Positions 62,464 through 64,000 of a DNA stretch of 64,000 nucleotides are shown piece by piece. This DNA comes from a virus. A program made the position numbers and the translations under genes. Numbering within the stretch: position 1 is the stretch's first letter; the number at the start of each line of letters is the position of its first letter. Location: UHGV virus genome UHGV-0122002, one strand, 5' to 3'. Below the pieces are notes generated by a model, which had not been told where the DNA came from, did no database searches, and worked only from the letters and a program-made list of their open reading frames with translations.

Positions 62464-64000
62464 ATTGCTATAACGTCATGAGCAACACCTCGAGTGTCCC
62501 CCTTACAAGACACAGAACGTCTGGCAAAAAGAGGTTCCACTCTGAAGCCACTGCCCTGATAAAGTTCTCTGATGTTTGGCGCGCCACTGTTAGTAATGAG
62601 AACCTTTGCACCTCGGCGATGAGCATCCGTCAACAGAGACGCCAGGCGTTTTTGCTCTTCAAACTTAAAGTCATGACCGGAATAGTTCGTGAATCCCTCT
62701 GTATTTGGGAGCGGTTCATACGGCGGATCGCAAAAGATGACATCTCCTTCTCCGGCAGCTTCAATCACCGCAGCAAAATCACCACATACAAACTCAGAAC
62801 GCCCTTCCGCACCAAGGAAGGCTTCCATCTCCTGCAATGGGAAATACGGAGTTTTATACTTCCCATAACCGACATTGAACTCACCGGCTTGGTTGTAACG
62901 CGTCAATCCGTTAAAACAATGTCGGTTCAGGAACAAAAACGCCGCTGCGCGATGTAAATCATCATAGACTTGTTTGTTAAACGCATTCCGTACTGCCAGG
63001 TATCCTTCCTGCGTGTTGTAGTCCTGGAAGAAACGATGTGCCAGAGTGATAAGTGAATGCGCCTCGCGTTGCAGAGTCTTGTAAAAGTTAATCAGGTCAG
63101 CATTCACATCATTTAGCAGATTTTCCTGGTATCCGGCATTCATGAAGACAGCTCCGCCACCAACGAAAGGCTCAATCAGGCGCTTCCCTTCTGGCAAATA
63201 GCGAAAGATTTGTTCCAGAACACCAAATTTTCCACCAGCCCATTTGAATATGGACCGTTCGAATTCTGCCGCTGGTTTAACTTTTCGCTCTTTTGTTTCA
63301 CTCCCTTCCTTCTGCCGACATGCAGCCTTGGCAATCCGATCGCCAATCCAGCGCATTACTGGTATCGCCATACTATTGCCGATCGCTTTGTAACGAGGTC
63401 CGTCAGCTGCAAGCATGGCGGCCTCTTCTTCACTTAAATCAGGATCGTGATTGCGAAGGTATATAAGTTCATCTGAAGTAACTTTCTTACGCTTTCCCGT
63501 TGGAATCAACGTATGTCCATCAGGAAAACCTTGCAGCCTTTCACATTCGACAGGAGTCAGACGGCGAACGCTCATCATATGAGGTAAGTAACCATTCTCA
63601 CCTAATTCGCCTTTTTCAATACTTTCCTGCCCCCAAAAAGATAACGCAACGGCGTCAGCTGTTGCGCGGGAATCAAGAGTAAAACTTATCTCTTTTTGCC
63701 ACCCTTTACCCTGCGGTCCAGCATCATCTTTTCGCCCAATTTGTGCATGTTGTAGCGAATACGCAACAGCTGGTGGGCATCCCGCGTTTTGATTGCTATT
63801 AGCAGAGTTACCAGCTCGTAAAGTTGGGGAAATCTCAACACCCGCATCCTGCCCATAATTTTTGCTTGTAAACGCAATAGCTTTCTTGCAAGAAAACACA
63901 ATTGGAGCTTCATGATTACAAGTAAGAGTAGGTGATGTCCCATCATTTTTTATTTCTGCCCCCCCTTGCCCATGCGCCATGCAATACACAAGTCCGCTGC
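62454..64000 (-). CDS. dmt: DNA methyltransferase with Dam-like N6-adenine domain (C-terminal) and C5-cytosine MTase-like motifs (partial; N-terminus beyond window)
   Basis: C-terminal FCDPPYEP (DPPY); upstream part has RLTPVECERLQGFPDGHT and KAIGNSMAIPV, C5-MTase-like; frame open to window edge. Confidence 0.75.
   Translation of the reverse strand, partial: SGLVYCMAHGQGGAEIKNDGTSPTLTCNHEAPIVFSCKKAIAFTSKNYGQDAGVEISPTLRAGNSANSNQNAGCPPAVAYSLQHAQIGRKDDAGPQGKGWQKEISFTLDSRATADAVALSFWGQESIEKGELGENGYLPHMMSVRRLTPVECERLQGFPDGHTLIPTGKRKKVTSDELIYLRNHDPDLSEEEAAMLAADGPRYKAIGNSMAIPVMRWIGDRIAKAACRQKEGSETKERKVKPAAEFERSIFKWAGGKFGVLEQIFRYLPEGKRLIEPFVGGGAVFMNAGYQENLLNDVNADLINFYKTLQREAHSLITLAHRFFQDYNTQEGYLAVRNAFNKQVYDDLHRAAAFLFLNRHCFNGLTRYNQAGEFNVGYGKYKTPYFPLQEMEAFLGAEGRSEFVCGDFAAVIEAAGEGDVIFCDPPYEPLPNTEGFTNYSGHDFKFEEQKRLASLLTDAHRRGAKVLITNSGAPNIRELYQGSGFRVEPLFARRSVSCKGDTRGVAHDVIAILL

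Overview
The window reads as a contiguous ~64 kb stretch of a P1-family temperate phage-plasmid, in reverse orientation to the conventional P1 map and running across the lox-cre origin. All calls rest on reading the translated ORFs and DNA motifs by eye; no database search was run. Recognisable backbone, in order: invertible tail-fibre segment with Cin invertase; lysis and Dar anti-restriction operon (hdf, darA, ddrA-like, ddrB-like), interrupted by an IS200/IS605-family tnpB element; ssb operon; SAR endolysin; head protease and portal; 2255-aa DarB; mat, ref, cre, loxP; immC (coi, c1); an antirepressor module; pacB, pacA with the pac site; lpa; phd-doc; humD with a LexA box; hot; a long block of small genes of unknown function; a baseplate module; ban; three tRNA genes; and a partial dmt methyltransferase. 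Dispersed 17-bp C1 operator-like sites precede many operons. No single new multi-gene system can be asserted from sequence alone. The most interesting candidates are a Tad2/DUF2829-like domain protein in the ssb operon, an array of tRNA-like structured repeats beside the tRNA genes, the tnpB insertion in the dar operon, an antirepressor module beside immC, and the apparent absence of res-mod.
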